Assembly: GCA_910592345.1 (NCBI GenBank)
Contig: CAJVPI010000077.1
Location: forward strand, 1 to 60,095
DNA: 60,095 bases
Direction: 5' to 3'
Source of the DNA: Paraglomus brasilianum
Lineage: Eukaryota
In this document: piece after piece, positions 11,812 to 25,100 of the stretch
How positions within the stretch are numbered: the stretch's first letter is position 1
Layout: the number at the start of each line of letters is the position of its first letter
The notes under the pieces: model-generated
Database searches by the model: none
What the model saw: the letters and a program-made list of their open reading frames with translations, nothing else
Told to the model about the DNA's origin: nothing
Made by a program: the position numbers and the translations under genes

Positions 11812-13365
11812 TTATGAGATTACGGATGAATAGCAAAGAAATATACCACTGCTGATGTCTTTATCCTCACAAATAAAATGAAACGATAACATGGCTAATG
11901 CATCTCTGCGTCATCAACAAGATATTGATGTTTGGCAAAGGCATTTAATATACAATCAGACTCTGGGAGAGTTCATACGGGAGAGAGGCTGGATAGATTT
12001 ACCGCTTCCGCCAATATATAAATCCGAGACCCGGAATTGACAAGTGTGAATGGAATAAAACCAAAGTAATTGCTTCGGACTACTTTTATCCTGTATCCGG
12101 AGTAGCTGACCGAATTATTCCATACCTTACAAACTACTTCTCTTCTATTTACGACTAATAGCAAATCAGACATAATAATCGTCAAAATGAGATTCCATAT
12201 TTACCGATGCTTAAAAATGGCGTTTCATTATTTTCAATAAACCCATCAATATTAGATGAAAACACACACGCACTGTAACATAAGTCAAGTTATAGTCTAT
12301 AGTTTTCGATCACTCAGTAGCAGTTTAAAATTTCACTGTCGGTAGCTCTGTTTTTCTATTTTGCTTTCATCATCTTATTTTTTGATCAACAGTATGAGCT
12401 GCTGGTATATTCTTATTCTCCATTGATTCTTGTGTTAGTGATTTGGATCGGTTCTCTGACGGCGCTATTCGCGGTTTCTACATCAACCCAACTCTGCAAG
12501 TGACCAAACGTATAACCGTGTGATCGTTCAAGTAAATCTAGTTTGCTGACCTTAACGTCTCTAATTGTGATGCGATTAACCATAGTAATAGCGCAAACTA
12601 CATGGTTAAATATTCGATTAGTTGAAACTTAGAGAAACTTAGCCACGGACAGTAGAAATTATTGTAAAGGGCTGCAAACAGTTTAAAACTATTGGATTTG
12701 CTTTCTGGGAAAATACCAATGCCATCATCGAGTTGAATAAAGAGATACAACCTACCTCTTAAGCTAATGATGACGGATTTTTATAATGAAATGAATGAAG
12801 ATGAAGAAACAATGGGCAAGGTCGTCACATAATTTCGAAGTATATTTATAAAAAGGATACGTATCAGACCACAGATAAGAACGCGTCTCAAATACTGTTA
12901 AACATGTCTCCAATGTCAGCATCATCAAGTTTTTCTCCATTTATGATATATTTAATATGTAGCATACGTGTATTATTCGTAACCCTTCGTGCAACGCTTT
13001 CATTTTCTGTATATTGTATTGTGATCACATTTTCGAGGATCACTTAATTATTGGCCATAAATATGCAGTGTTACGAAGCCGCCTTTTCGCCATGAAACCC
13101 GTTATATCGATTTTCACTGCGTATAGTCTTTTTGGCAATACGCGATGCTATTGTAAAACTAGGACGCAATTTTTAAAATATAATGTATTTATTTAATTTT
13201 AGATCTTACCATTGACTATTTGGCTTATTACAATAAAGTATTAGCATGTCATTATTACAATTATCGAATACTTAACAAGAGTCACGTTGATTGTGGCTTG
13301 ATATTGTTGTACACGTTACATCATTATAAAAAAAAAGCTTACACGCTCACACACATTTCATCACA

Positions 13366-13806
13366 ATGTCTAGTTTAGAAGAACTCACAAAAAGGCGTAT
13401 AAAAAAGAAGCTGCAACGTGAACGACTGCGCCCGCCGCCATTAGTTCCGGAATTAACTTTCCGGCTTCCGTTCCTGCTACCTCTCCCCCAACCGAGGCTG
13501 TATCTAGAGCGATATAATCAGCAGTTGCAACGGCTGCAGTTACAACAACGTCAACAGCAGGAACAAGAAAACTTGCTGCAAATGCGGTTGAAACAAAAAC
13601 AGATACAAATCAGTCAAGTGAAGCAGCGACGGATAATGTTGCGCCTGGAGCTGGATTCGCAAAATTATCATTTAAATCGAGGTCAATTGCGGGTCCAGCA
13701 GTTACAGGAACAACTGCAGCTGCTACAAAACAGGCGACAACATTGTCAGCAACAGCTGAACCAGAGATGGTGGCGTCGATGGTGGAAACTATGGCGTGAG
13801 CGTTGA
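13366..13806 (+). CDS. Orphan Gln-rich coiled-coil protein, 146 aa
   Basis: Intronless ORF, more GC-rich than flanks; TATAAA ~40 bp upstream and CA-rich leader ending CACAATG; no recognisable domain. Confidence 0.5.
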   Translation: MSSLEELTKRRIKKKLQRERLRPPPLVPELTFRLPFLLPLPQPRLYLERYNQQLQRLQLQQRQQQEQENLLQMRLKQKQIQISQVKQRRIMLRLELDSQNYHLNRGQLRVQQLQEQLQLLQNRRQHCQQQLNQRWWRRWWKLWRER

Positions 13807-15252
13807 GTGAGTATTATGTAAACTTAAGTACTTTCAATATCTACGACTGCTCTAGCCCGCCGTATTTACTATAACGAGGATGAAAAATACAAAAGTGTTG
13901 GACAAGGATTGTGACTGTAACTATACTTGTACTAAAATGCGGAATTTAATTTCCATATAGTAAACGTCGAGATATCTTGAACGTCACTATATAGTGCAAA
14001 GATGTAATATCATCCCCTAACACAACCAGCGAACCGATAAAGATGCGCTGGGAAATAATTTCCAATCCCAAGACAAACTTTCTTGGGAGGAAGCGTAATT
14101 AAATATAAAGTACAAAGTCTTTGATCTTTATATTTAATTGTTCAGTAGGGTAAGAATGTGAAAGATGTAAATGCCATCTATGAAATGGTTTTTCAATAAA
14201 AAAAACTCATTGTCAAAACTTAGACAAGGAAATCGCCGCAATGCCAAAACTAGCCTTCTCAATATGCACACTTCCATTATATGATACATGGTTAAAGTGG
14301 CTGTCCTCCGTTGCTTGATAGAGGTGTCACAGGATACGTGAAGTGGCAAAGAAGAGTTACGCATACAAAAACAATCAACCGGTGATCGACTATAAAATCG
14401 GCTTGATTGGCACGCATTCAACGATTCTATCGATGAACAATGAAATGAACCAACGTTCAGAGAAATTAATACAATTGATGACTCAACTTGACATCACCTG
14501 GTTAGCTTTGATACTCAAAATTTCAAAATACAGTATTAAGTGAGTTGCGGGAGTTCCTTTCCTTAAGTCCTAAAGGCATAATCATATTAATTAATCAACT
14601 TGTGTGATCCAGTTTCTATGTCGTTTCCTACGTCGCGATTGCTTTATGATCTTGGTTTATGTATTGTGACACCTTCTATATAATTCACCTTATAAACTTG
14701 GAAAAACATTAGTATTAGACTCTCTCCACTAATATTCCGATGAGCGTCCAAATATACCGCCAGAAAAGAATGCAGACGATAATTCGATGGTAGGTTAAAT
14801 TAATGCAAATACATGAAAACCCGTTATAAATAACTATATCAATAATTAAAGATAAAGATTCAAGAAGAACCATATTCCTCCAGCCAAGTCTAACATAATA
14901 ATAATAATTTTCATACGAGCACGGTTGTGTAACATATATTCGACCACTTATGTGAATAGAATGTGACCTTGGTATTAATTCCAATTGACTGCCAGTGCTG
15001 TTATGCTGGATAATCTCTCCCACCCGAAGATATGCGTGCCTCAAAGACTGATTTCAAGAAGCTACACCGAATCTTATAGGGGACTGAGGTTGGACTCCAG
15101 GTTAAGAGGCATTCGAACTAGACTAAATCATATATTCTGAATTGTCACCATTGGACGTATTTCAGTCACATGACACAGATCGTTCAGACTTTCAAACCAG
15201 AAGACAATTAACACATTCGAGCAACAAAAGCAGAAAGAATACACGAGACAAG

Positions 15253-16556
15253 ATGGTATTGTCCTCTTTATATTTGTAACCATGTTCGCTGCCCCCACTC
15301 TAATCCAAACCGCGCTTTATCATGCAGACAAGCACACCATCAAGCACACAGAAAAAAGTAGTGGCACGAAGTGAATGGGAAAAAAAGTTATCTGAAGTAG
15401 AAGTAAACAAAAGGTGAGTCTAAAGTCTGTTGTAAAGGATTTCTCTGTCCTCGTGATGACTTTGCAAGTGGGAATCTCACAGAATGTTTAATGACGAGAA
15501 GCCTTTTTGGTTCTTGCTTCTGAAATGAGGAAAATAAAAAATATAAAGAAAAGAAAGCCTGATTTTTGGAGCAGTATTAATACTATATTGTTTTTATCCA
15601 ACAGAGATCTGAATAAGCTCGTTATGAATTATCTTGTAATTGAGGGTTATAAGGATGCAGCAGAAAAGTTTAGTCAAGAGTGCGGATTACAGTTGGACAC
15701 AGATTTGGAATCAATACAAGATAGAGAGCTTATTCTTAATGCAATTCAAAATGGCAACGTTGAAGAGGCAATCGAACGAGTGAACGATCTTAACCCAGAG
15801 GTAATTTCTGTAAAAGTTGCCCCCCGTTAATGCTGACAATGATTAAACTTTTTTCATGCACCACGCTAAGACATCTTGTTGTCGATGCTGATATCCAATC
15901 ACCAACTTCAGTCTTCAATATGAGTCACAAGGAACTCGTATATGTTATTAGAGTTATATATCCTACGACTCTACTGACGACTTTTATTATAATTTGATGA
16001 ATATAGATACTCGATACACACCCAAAACTGTACTTTCATCTTCAGCAACAACAATTAATTGAATATATTCGCCAAGGAAAAATAGCAAGGGCACTCGAGT
16101 TTGCTCAGGAAGAGCTTGCTCCTCGCGGGGAAGATAATGTAAGATGGAGTCTATCAGATAATATGATAATATGAGATTACCTATTTGTTATATATTGATG
16201 GCATATCTGTCGTTATTTCTTTTTGACTTTTGCACCCCCCCCCCTTCCCCCCTCTCGATGCCGATTAGCCTGAATTTTTAGAAGAACTCGAACGAACAAT
16301 GACCCTTTTAGCTTTTGAGGATAATAACCAATCACCGGTGGGTGACCTGCTCCACCCTGCACAACGACGGCGCACAGCACGTGAACTCAATGCAGCCATT
16401 CTCACATCGCAAAGTCAAGAAAAGGATCCCAAGCTACCGAGTCTGCTGAAAATGCTGGTTTGGGCACAGAATCAGTTAGACGACAAGATGTCATACCCGC
16501 GAATTAATAATTTGGCAACTGCCGAGCTGGTCGATAATGAAGACACCACCCTATGA
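15253..16556 (+). CDS. GID8: GID/CTLH complex subunit Gid8 (Twa1), LisH-CTLH-CRA
   Basis: Exons give [37 protein letters not shown]...[33 protein letters not shown]...[11 protein letters not shown]...[12 protein letters not shown]. Start may instead be the ATG at 15322. Confidence 0.95.
15449..15530 (+). ncRNA. Intronic box C/D snoRNA, SNORD79-like LSU rRNA guide
   Basis: CCTC/GAGG terminal stem, C box GTGATGA (15453), guide GTGGGAATCTC complementary to LSU GAGAUUCCCAC ahead of D' CAGA, C' ATGACGA, D box CTGA (15520). Confidence 0.8.
15834..15927 (+). ncRNA. Intronic box C/D snoRNA, snR40/SNORD32-like 18S guide plus a second LSU guide
   Basis: TGAC/GTCA stem, C box ATGATTA, guide CATGCACCAC (15855-15864; 18S GUGGUGCAUG), guide ACTTCAGTCTTCAA (15905-15918; LSU UUGAAGACUGAAGU), variant D box ATGA. 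Confidence 0.8.
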
Positions 16557-18873
16557 AAAAAAATATCCCAATGTTTTATCGTTTTTTCGATATAGAGCAA
16601 GCTACACATACTTAATGATACAAAAAAAAAAAATAAAAAGAAAAAAAAACCCAAGCCAAGAGAACGGAGATCTTTATTAATATTTCTTTGCAGAGACATT
16701 ATATGCGAAGGTAACAATAATTTGTAATGTAATAATAATTTGGATCATCAATATGTATATTAGAACTAAATTAAAATTGTAGACCGGTATCCATCTCAAT
16801 TCAACTCGAGTGGCTATTTCCTTGCATTGGCAATATGACCGGTGTTTTCTTATGTGGGCGATTTAATAGCCGGGTGGGCAAAGAAAGGTTTAATGACATC
16901 TCCGGCATTGTATTACTAAAAGTCTCGTGAATCAATGGCGCGTATGTTGTGTTTCTGACCAAGTCATCACTTTCAGATACTATTTCATGACCCGCTCTTT
17001 TTAATCTGAGCAGACAATCCAAGGAATACAATCTCGTGAATCTTGCTTGCTCTCACAAGCAACCTATTCCATGGAGTTTTTTCGGGCCTAATCGGATGTC
17101 CTCAAATCCGATTTAGCTGGTGTTTGATATGGATTGTTTGTGGCAAACATGGTTCTTCTTTGGATGCTGGCAGATTTTAATGCTACGCGAATGCGAGAAG
17201 GCTATGGGAAACGGGCGACATATAAACTGCGAGCTAAATTAAATGACTTGGGAAAAAAGTATTCTAGCGACCCCTCAAATGAACGGAGGAATAACGATAG
17301 AAAATATTTTCCCTTCACAGACGCGTGTCGCACGAATAAGGTTAGATGACAGAACCAAGTTTCATCTTGTAAACAAGTAATATTAATATTGGTATGTCCA
17401 TAAGCCATCAACACTGTATCTTTACTACAATTTTAATACGATGACGCGTACTGGATATGTCACATAAATTACGGTACGAATTAATGCCTTGCATATACAA
17501 AGCTACATGTTTCAAACTGCTGAAATGCCACAAATTGTATATAATACCATAACATTAAAGCAATCTCAATTCGTCTCGAGTCTGCATTTGTCATCACTAC
17601 ACGTAGCTTGTGAACATTATTATTAGCTTATGATGAATCGGCAAAGAATGCAGCAGTTATTTTTAACCTTAAAATTGGAACATGCATAGGAGAAAAAACT
17701 CAGTCTCAAAGTCATTGGGGTATCCCCGAGAATGCAAAAATGACAAACACTTTACAATCATAAACGTCCTTAGTTATCAATATACCAACTTTTTATTTCA
17801 CGCTAAATTGTCACATTCTTTGATGAATTTTGATTAATTGGGAAGCTGTATAAAGAGCTTATTATACGATATGCAGTAAAAGAAACTTATTTCTTCGATA
17901 AAGTTTGTGTGGCTGTCCTATGAATTTCCGAGTCTATAAATGGAAATCACGAGACTGCGAATTTCCCAAGGTACTTGCATGGGAAACTTTTAACCTGTAT
18001 TAAAACACACTTTTACGAATGGGAAAACTAAAATCCACATGTACGTGATACGGGATTGTCAATCCACCATTCAATGCTCGACGATAAGTTTTCTAACAAA
18101 GAAAGAAGAATTTTGCCTTTTCATATCAACATATTATCTACCGCATCTCTGATGATTCCATAATCGATGTTCGTACTATCTTGCCCTGCATTGGGGCAAA
18201 CGTGTATCTGTCATTTACCGCGTGTCCGCGGATGCTTGCCAGACGATGCTCCATTAATGCGTCGTCACTAATTTCACACTGTATGTCCTTGAACATAGCA
18301 GCCAGCAACTTTGAGCGCACAAGCAAATGGTGACTTTCGATCACAGAGCAAGAGACAGATCTATACGTATGAAATACTTAAATGACAAGTGCCAAAATCT
18401 CTTTTTATGCATATGCCGTGTGACATGATTAAACTGTGCATGAAAATAATCATTAGTACGTGTAAAATGATACCTATCAAAAACGAAATCTCTTTTTTTT
18501 TTCTTCTTTTTTTTTTCTTTATGCATCTCATATTTTCATAGGGAAATGCTTCTTTGTTTCAGTCTTGATTAGAGTGGTAATTTTGGCATGTAATTGTTCA
18601 AACCTGTAATACCAAAGGCGATCACCGATAAGACCTGCTTTTATTCCTGTTCACAGCTTCAGCCAATCTACTAAATCTGTCCAATCAAATGACAAAGTAA
18701 TTTTCATAAAACCCTTGCTTGTTCGTGTAGTGATGATTTTCTTCGGGTGACCCCTCATACACGAAAACCCCTTCCCCCCTCCTCCTCCTCTAAAAGACCA
18801 TCTCCTTCGCTCAAGGCGTGTAGTCATTTCGTTCTTCCAAATTTCAGCCTGTGCACACTGCTCCTTATCAAGA

Positions 18874-19481
18874 ATGGCATTATCCTTATCAAGCGATAGC
18901 GAAAGACTGATCCCGAAAGTTGAGAATGCCCTCGATTATGGAACGTTTAGGTGGACAGAGGGTCAGAACAGGAGCAAATTCCCGACTACACTGGTTTTGC
19001 CTAATAAAGCCAGTATGGCTAGAGATTGTTTATGTAAGCATGAAAAATTAAATTGCGTCATATAAACCATTACGCAAGAAAATTAATTCTCACCTTCCCA
19101 ACAGCAATCGAACGCACATTCCTTTCATGGCTCCGCCTAAGTACAGCACTTACATTAACTGGACTTGCAGTGTTCTTTCGGTTTGCGCTAGTACCCGTTA
19201 CAGCATCAGGGGATAGCCTGTCGGTTCCATTGGGCTTGGCACTGATCGTCTTGGGCATCTTTACTCTATTTTGGGCCCTGCATCAATACTTCAATTTCCA
19301 ACATCTAATTGCAACACGTGCACCAATCGTTCAGAACGGAAAATGTAATTTTAGCGTAGCCCTCCTTGTTGGGCTATCGATTGTAACCACCCTATTAATC
19401 AGCTTCCCACTTGAGGTGTCTCGCCGAAATCGGCCGCATGTTGTCGAGGGAGATGGTATTCAGGTCTTTTTTATAAATTAA
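18874..19481 (+). CDS. DUF202 (YidH-like) small membrane protein; intron 19034-19104
   Basis: Spliced NKASMARDCLSIERTFLSWLRLSTAL matches the DUF202 RDxLAxERTFLAWxR motif, followed by three hydrophobic helices. Confidence 0.85.
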
Positions 19482-21959
19482 GAAATTATGGATTGTCGGA
19501 GCGGATTAATCTTTCGCCGACAAACTATCATAAGAGTTTTTTTTCCAACATTTTGTGGGCAGGAACCGCCTTTGTACATATATAGAATCGTATGGATCTA
19601 AATTAATTTGCGCTAAAAACCATCAAACTTTTCATTTGTGAATAAAAAACCACGTTGGTTTGTTTTAAGGAAATTGTGCGTTTTATTATCCGGAATTTAC
19701 TGGGAATTCCTATTTTCACGTGATCAAAGTTCTATTACACGACATTCAATGTGATGTCATATGAAACTTTAAATTGGGGTCTGCGTTAGTTAGTATTAGT
19801 TACTAGTGTTCTCAATTCTATTTATACGCAAGGTTTATGAAACGTTCCACCCGATCTATATATAAGAATTCAGTGATAGTAAAAACCATTCATTACCAGA
19901 CTCGACGTATTTGCACAATTTGACGGGTTCATCATGATCGACTCTTTTTGTACATGCAAATAGCGCAAGGCTTCGGACGGGACGGATAAAGTGACAGAAT
20001 ATATCATCTGCAATAAACATTGTGTCAACTACAGAAAAAGTAAACGGGTTTAAGCGTTTGCGAACAGCAAGTTATCGAGATTGTGAGTGTGGTTAATGCT
20101 AACTAATGTTAATATAGAAGCCCCTTCCCTCCCATCGCAACGCAAGTCTGTTCGCAAACACTTTTCCCCCACAACCGCCAAGTCCGTCCACAAACACAGT
20201 CATTCGCGACCCATTTGACACAATCGTTTGACTTTTGTAATTTTTTTCCTTTTTTTATTAATTTCCAAATTTTTTTGAATTTTGAAAAAATTAATAACAG
20301 AAAAAGAAGTTGGTAGAGATAAAACGGATAAATTTGGATATATAAATGTGTCGGATAGGTAATGGATAAAATGATATCAGGAAACAAAAAGAGAAAAAAT
20401 AAAAAGAGAATTCAAATAGAAACAAAGAGGAAAAAAAAAGAGAAACAGAGACTATATACAATCACAAATACACGTTTTTTTTTTTTAAGAATTTTTCGGG
20501 TTTTAAAATTTTTTTGTGTTTTTTAAGTTACGGTTCTTTTCTTCTATATATGGGCCGTTCATTTATGATCCTTGGAAAATGCCAGGAAAACCCCAGCGAC
20601 GTAAAAACGAACAAGTAAGCGAAAGTCTTTTTTGTTCGTCAAAGTGGGGGAAAGACGATATAGCGAAATAATCGGGTTTTACGAAGAACTCGGTTGACGA
20701 GAAATCGTATCGAAAACGAAAAGGAAAAAAAAAAAAAAGTACTAACGAAAGCGCATTATATATTCAATGCCAACCGCCAAAAGTAAAAATAATATCCAGC
20801 TATGAAACATGTTATAGAAAAATAATAATAACATAAATTAGAGCAAAAGAAGAGGGAAAACCTCCGCCTTCGAAATTCATAATAATAAAAAGCCATATTG
20901 GAAAGAATCATAATTGAAAAAGTTCATAAAATTCCTTAAAACGTATTATATAAATTCAGGGATTCAAGGGAGAATATAGTGAAATTATTACCGCCAATGT
21001 TCTTCTCAAGAAAGAGAAAAGAGAAAGGGACAATGTTCATTATGTCAGAAGTGAGGCCTTCTTCTTTGACTTGGCCTTTATAAGAGAGCATGCAGATTTC
21101 CTTTGTTGTAATAATTCATTTCATCGTCGCAGAGAGAGATAGAGATAGATACCACTCTTAATCCCAGAATCCTCCTCGATCGGTACACACGTTTCGTAGG
21201 AACAAGAAGCTTTTTCTTTTATGATTCAGTTCCATCTTGAATCCCGAAGGAAATAGACGGCCGAAATCGTAGGGCTGATGTATAGATTACATGTTTGCTG
21301 ATGTATGGTCGGTGAAACGCGTACCATTCGCATAAATTGGCAGGTTATATATAAGAGAGGCCTGTTTCATTCGAGAGAGGACGATTGATTTATGCTGGGA
21401 ATGCTGTACATGCTCGTTAGTCTGCAAAAGAGATTCGGCCGTGCGTTGTGTTCTTAGGAGAGGACAAAGAGCCGCCACGGAAGTTTTTGCATCTAGCCTT
21501 TAGACTTCTTTGTTGGAGGTTGGCGATCGAATTGGGAATGCTGGGAGGGGTATGTCTTCAATCATATGTGATCGATTGTGTAAAAGACAATCGCTTAATA
21601 GCATATATAATTCTTAAAAGTTTTCCTTTTTTTTTCTTTTTCCTTCCGTAGTCGATTACGTGAACAACCGAGTCCCGTGGATGACCGCGATATCGGAGGA
21701 AAAAAAAATAAAATACATAGATTGTCGGTTTATATATTATATTTTCGTAGGTGGTTTTGTATGTGACAACAACTGATTGATAATATAGAGAGCGAGGGGG
21801 GTTTTTGGTGGGGGTGGAGCAAAAAGTCCTTCGAGTAAAGTATGTCGATATAAGGCGCTACTCTCCCCTCGCTTTTAAAGTGCCAACGACGCGACGACGT
21901 ATGATGAGATAACAGGTCGTGTATCATATCGAAAGTCATTAAAGCGTATTGAAATAAAC

Positions 21960-22179
21960 GTGTGCGGTTTCTGAGTCACCACGAAAACTTGGCAATGTAT
22001 AAGATAGATAGATAGATGATAAGGTTGTGGGAGGGGGAGATGATGGGAGAAAAAGGAAATTCAAAAAAAACCAACGAATTCCTCTTGAGTGGGGGAGGGG
22101 GGAGTAAACTGTAGAATATGCTCTGTACAGTAATAGCTCAGACGTTAGTTGGTTTCGCTATGACTCAGAAACCGCACAC
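21960..22179. repeat. 19-bp perfect inverted repeat enclosing ~180 bp
   Basis: GTGTGCGGTTTCTGAGTCA (21960-21978) and TGACTCAGAAACCGCACAC (22161-22179). Confidence 0.85.
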
Positions 22180-25100
22180 TAGAAAAATATGATAATGGGT
22201 GGATTTATCTCGAGAGTAATGGTGATGAGAAGGGTGGGAGAAGGGGAGTGGTGGTGAGGAAGCCAACGTTTTCCCTACATGATGACCCGAACAGATGATT
22301 AAGGGAATAATTATACGCTAGGAATCCTGAAGAGAAAAAAAAAAGACAAAAAGCGTTTCTTTTATATGTTGTGAGCGGTATAACGTAGAGAGGCCCAGAC
22401 GGAGTGATATTTGCGTGATTATGTGATAAGTGAATTTCTTTTATATGCATATATAAAAATGCGTATAAAAACTGCAATACAACCGGAATGACCATTTATT
22501 GATTACACAAAACTTCCCCCAATCTACAAATCTGATATCTACCCCATTTCAGATTCTCTCGATCATGGGAAAAAAAAAAAGAAAGAAAGAAGATGAAACA
22601 GTACTCAGAGTGGTACAGAGTTACACAATTCTTCCTGTTCTACGATCAAGCCTGAATGTTGGCAAACAATTATTCTCATATACCCATTGTCCCCACAGTG
22701 AGCACTTGTGCAGCATTACTGTGGAGTAGAGATATATTGGGAAATGGTTATGTTGGGGAAACACGTCAAAGTGCATTGGTAATAAGTGGGGCGGGGTAAG
22801 ACAAAGAAGAATAAGGGATAGGGAAAAAAAGAGAGAGGAAAAAAAAAAAGAATAACAAAGATAGAGCGGGGGTTAATAGGATAAGCAGTGTCGGCAGCAA
22901 TGTCGGCAGCGGTAGCAGCGGTGCCAGCAGCCAGCAGCAAGCAGCAGCCAGCAGCAAGCAGCAAGCAGCAGTAACGTTTATTAGTAAAAACATGTTCTAT
23001 ATATGAAACGTTATATGTGTTTAAACTATTCATATTCCCGACACTTATCAACACCCCTGTGTACGGTACTGTATGCGCAACTGATATTACTCATATTATT
23101 TGTCGCACAAGTTTTGAGGTACAGTTTATCCATCTCTGTTGGCATAAAGAAAAAAAAAACCCTTGCATTCGTTAATTGATGAGTGTATCGATTAGCGATA
23201 ACACAAATAACAATAATGTAACCTACTGTAATATCACAGTCGAGGCAGTAATAATGCTTAACCAGTTTCTGTGAGAAAATCTCGAAAAAAAAAAAAAAAA
23301 CCTTGGCCTTCCCCCTCCCTCTCCCCGCCTCCACCTCCACACAAAATGAGTTAAAATTACAGTCCGTGTAATTGTATCCCAATGGTGATTGGTTCTCTTT
23401 CATAATTGCGAGTAAACTGCTATTATTTCATCTGAGATATATTCCGTTCATCTTTTCTGATTTCCAGTCGAGTAAACAATCAACCATTGTCAGCTGCACT
23501 CGTCAGTATGTGGAGACAAGGACAGTTGCCAGTCTTTGTTTGTTGAGAGAGAGGTTAGAGTTTTATGGCTGAATGCAGATAGTCTGCGCCTATGCGAGTA
23601 AGTACAGTTGTTATTGTCCAAACAATGTCCGAGTGTACGGTTTGATGGAGCGCCTCATTCCCTCCCATCATCATGAGACTGTGCTGTGCGATAAGTATGT
23701 GATGGGAATTGATGGGAAAGTGATTATTGCGAGGTTTCCACAATCAATGTTGATTAAGTGTCCAAGGGTAACATGTGATAAAGATAATAATGATGCTATT
23801 GTTGACATTATGTCCAACTTCAATGCATGCACCGGTATACAAAAATATCAACTGCTGCGCGGGGGTTCCGATTAGGTGGTATTACAATATGATGCTTCAC
23901 ATGATACGAGTCTTGTACGTAATTATATAATATCAAATATTGACATGTCACTTCGAACTGCAACATCACACAAATCTTGTTGTTTGAACATCATCTCCCC
24001 TTTTGATTTCTTTCATGTTATTACTGTTAGACCCAGTTCTCGTTATCTTTCTGATCCTTCCCTTTACTGTATCAGGTTCATATTATATTTTATTTCGTGG
24101 GGTAAAGAAAAAAAAAAAAAAAGAAGGTTTCATTGCTTGACATATTGACAGATGTCAGCTCTGACAGTCGATCTACATTATAATGTTGATAATCGGACCG
24201 TAATATTAACGATGATGCAGTTATTATTATAGTTAAATAGATTACGTGATTAGAACAACTTGTAACACTCTGGACATTGGGCTTATCGGCAGAGGAGTTG
24301 ACTGTGCACCAGCGTAATTGTAAGACAAATACGTTTTATGAAGGGGAAAATGTCGTTATAACAAGAGCGGTTACTGTGTGAAACATCAGATATAGTAAAT
24401 TTAGGCAACATATGACGCATTGCAGATCCCCTAATATTTCTTTTGCGACCGGCTCTGTTCACTCCGGACGGTCATATAATGCAGTAACACGACATCAATC
24501 AACGCTTACTCAATCATCACCTCCGATATGCTTCTCTGTACATATTAGAAGACGGAGGTGGCTGTGCGATCGAGAGATCGATGCCGCTCTGTGTGAAGCT
24601 TGATATGGAAAAGGTCTGCAGATTTAATATCAGATGTAATTATTAACTTAATAAGTCGTTGGCTGAATCAGCAAACACTCTCACAAAGCATTTACAAAAA
24701 CAATGCACCAGTTAATAAATGAAATAAACGAGCATTTAAAAACTTTATTTATTAACTCGATGCAACATCATATATAAAAAAAATAATCATGCATAATGTA
24801 CAGGTCAGTCATTGATGTCAATAAGAATAACTAATTCAGCAAACCTGCAGTGATCTGTGCTTTGACAGTGTCAACCGTACAGATATAAGCGATAAGCAAA
24901 GTAATTAAAAATAACAAGACTTTTGACCTGGACAAGTAGCAAGCACACACACATGTATATGGGAAGAGAGTTTGATATGATATCAATTCAGAATATGTAT
25001 ACACATGTGTATACACATGTATATATATATGCGTATATGCGTATATGCGTATATCACTTGCTTGGATTAAATAAACCATTTATCCACACCGTCTTATCAA

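Noticed and set aside
12853..12860. GTATCCTT on the minus strand (U12-like donor)
   Set aside because: No coding context or matching branch point.
24994..25051. Alternating purine-pyrimidine palindromic tract
   Set aside because: Simple TA/CA/GCGTAT microsatellite with no further structure.
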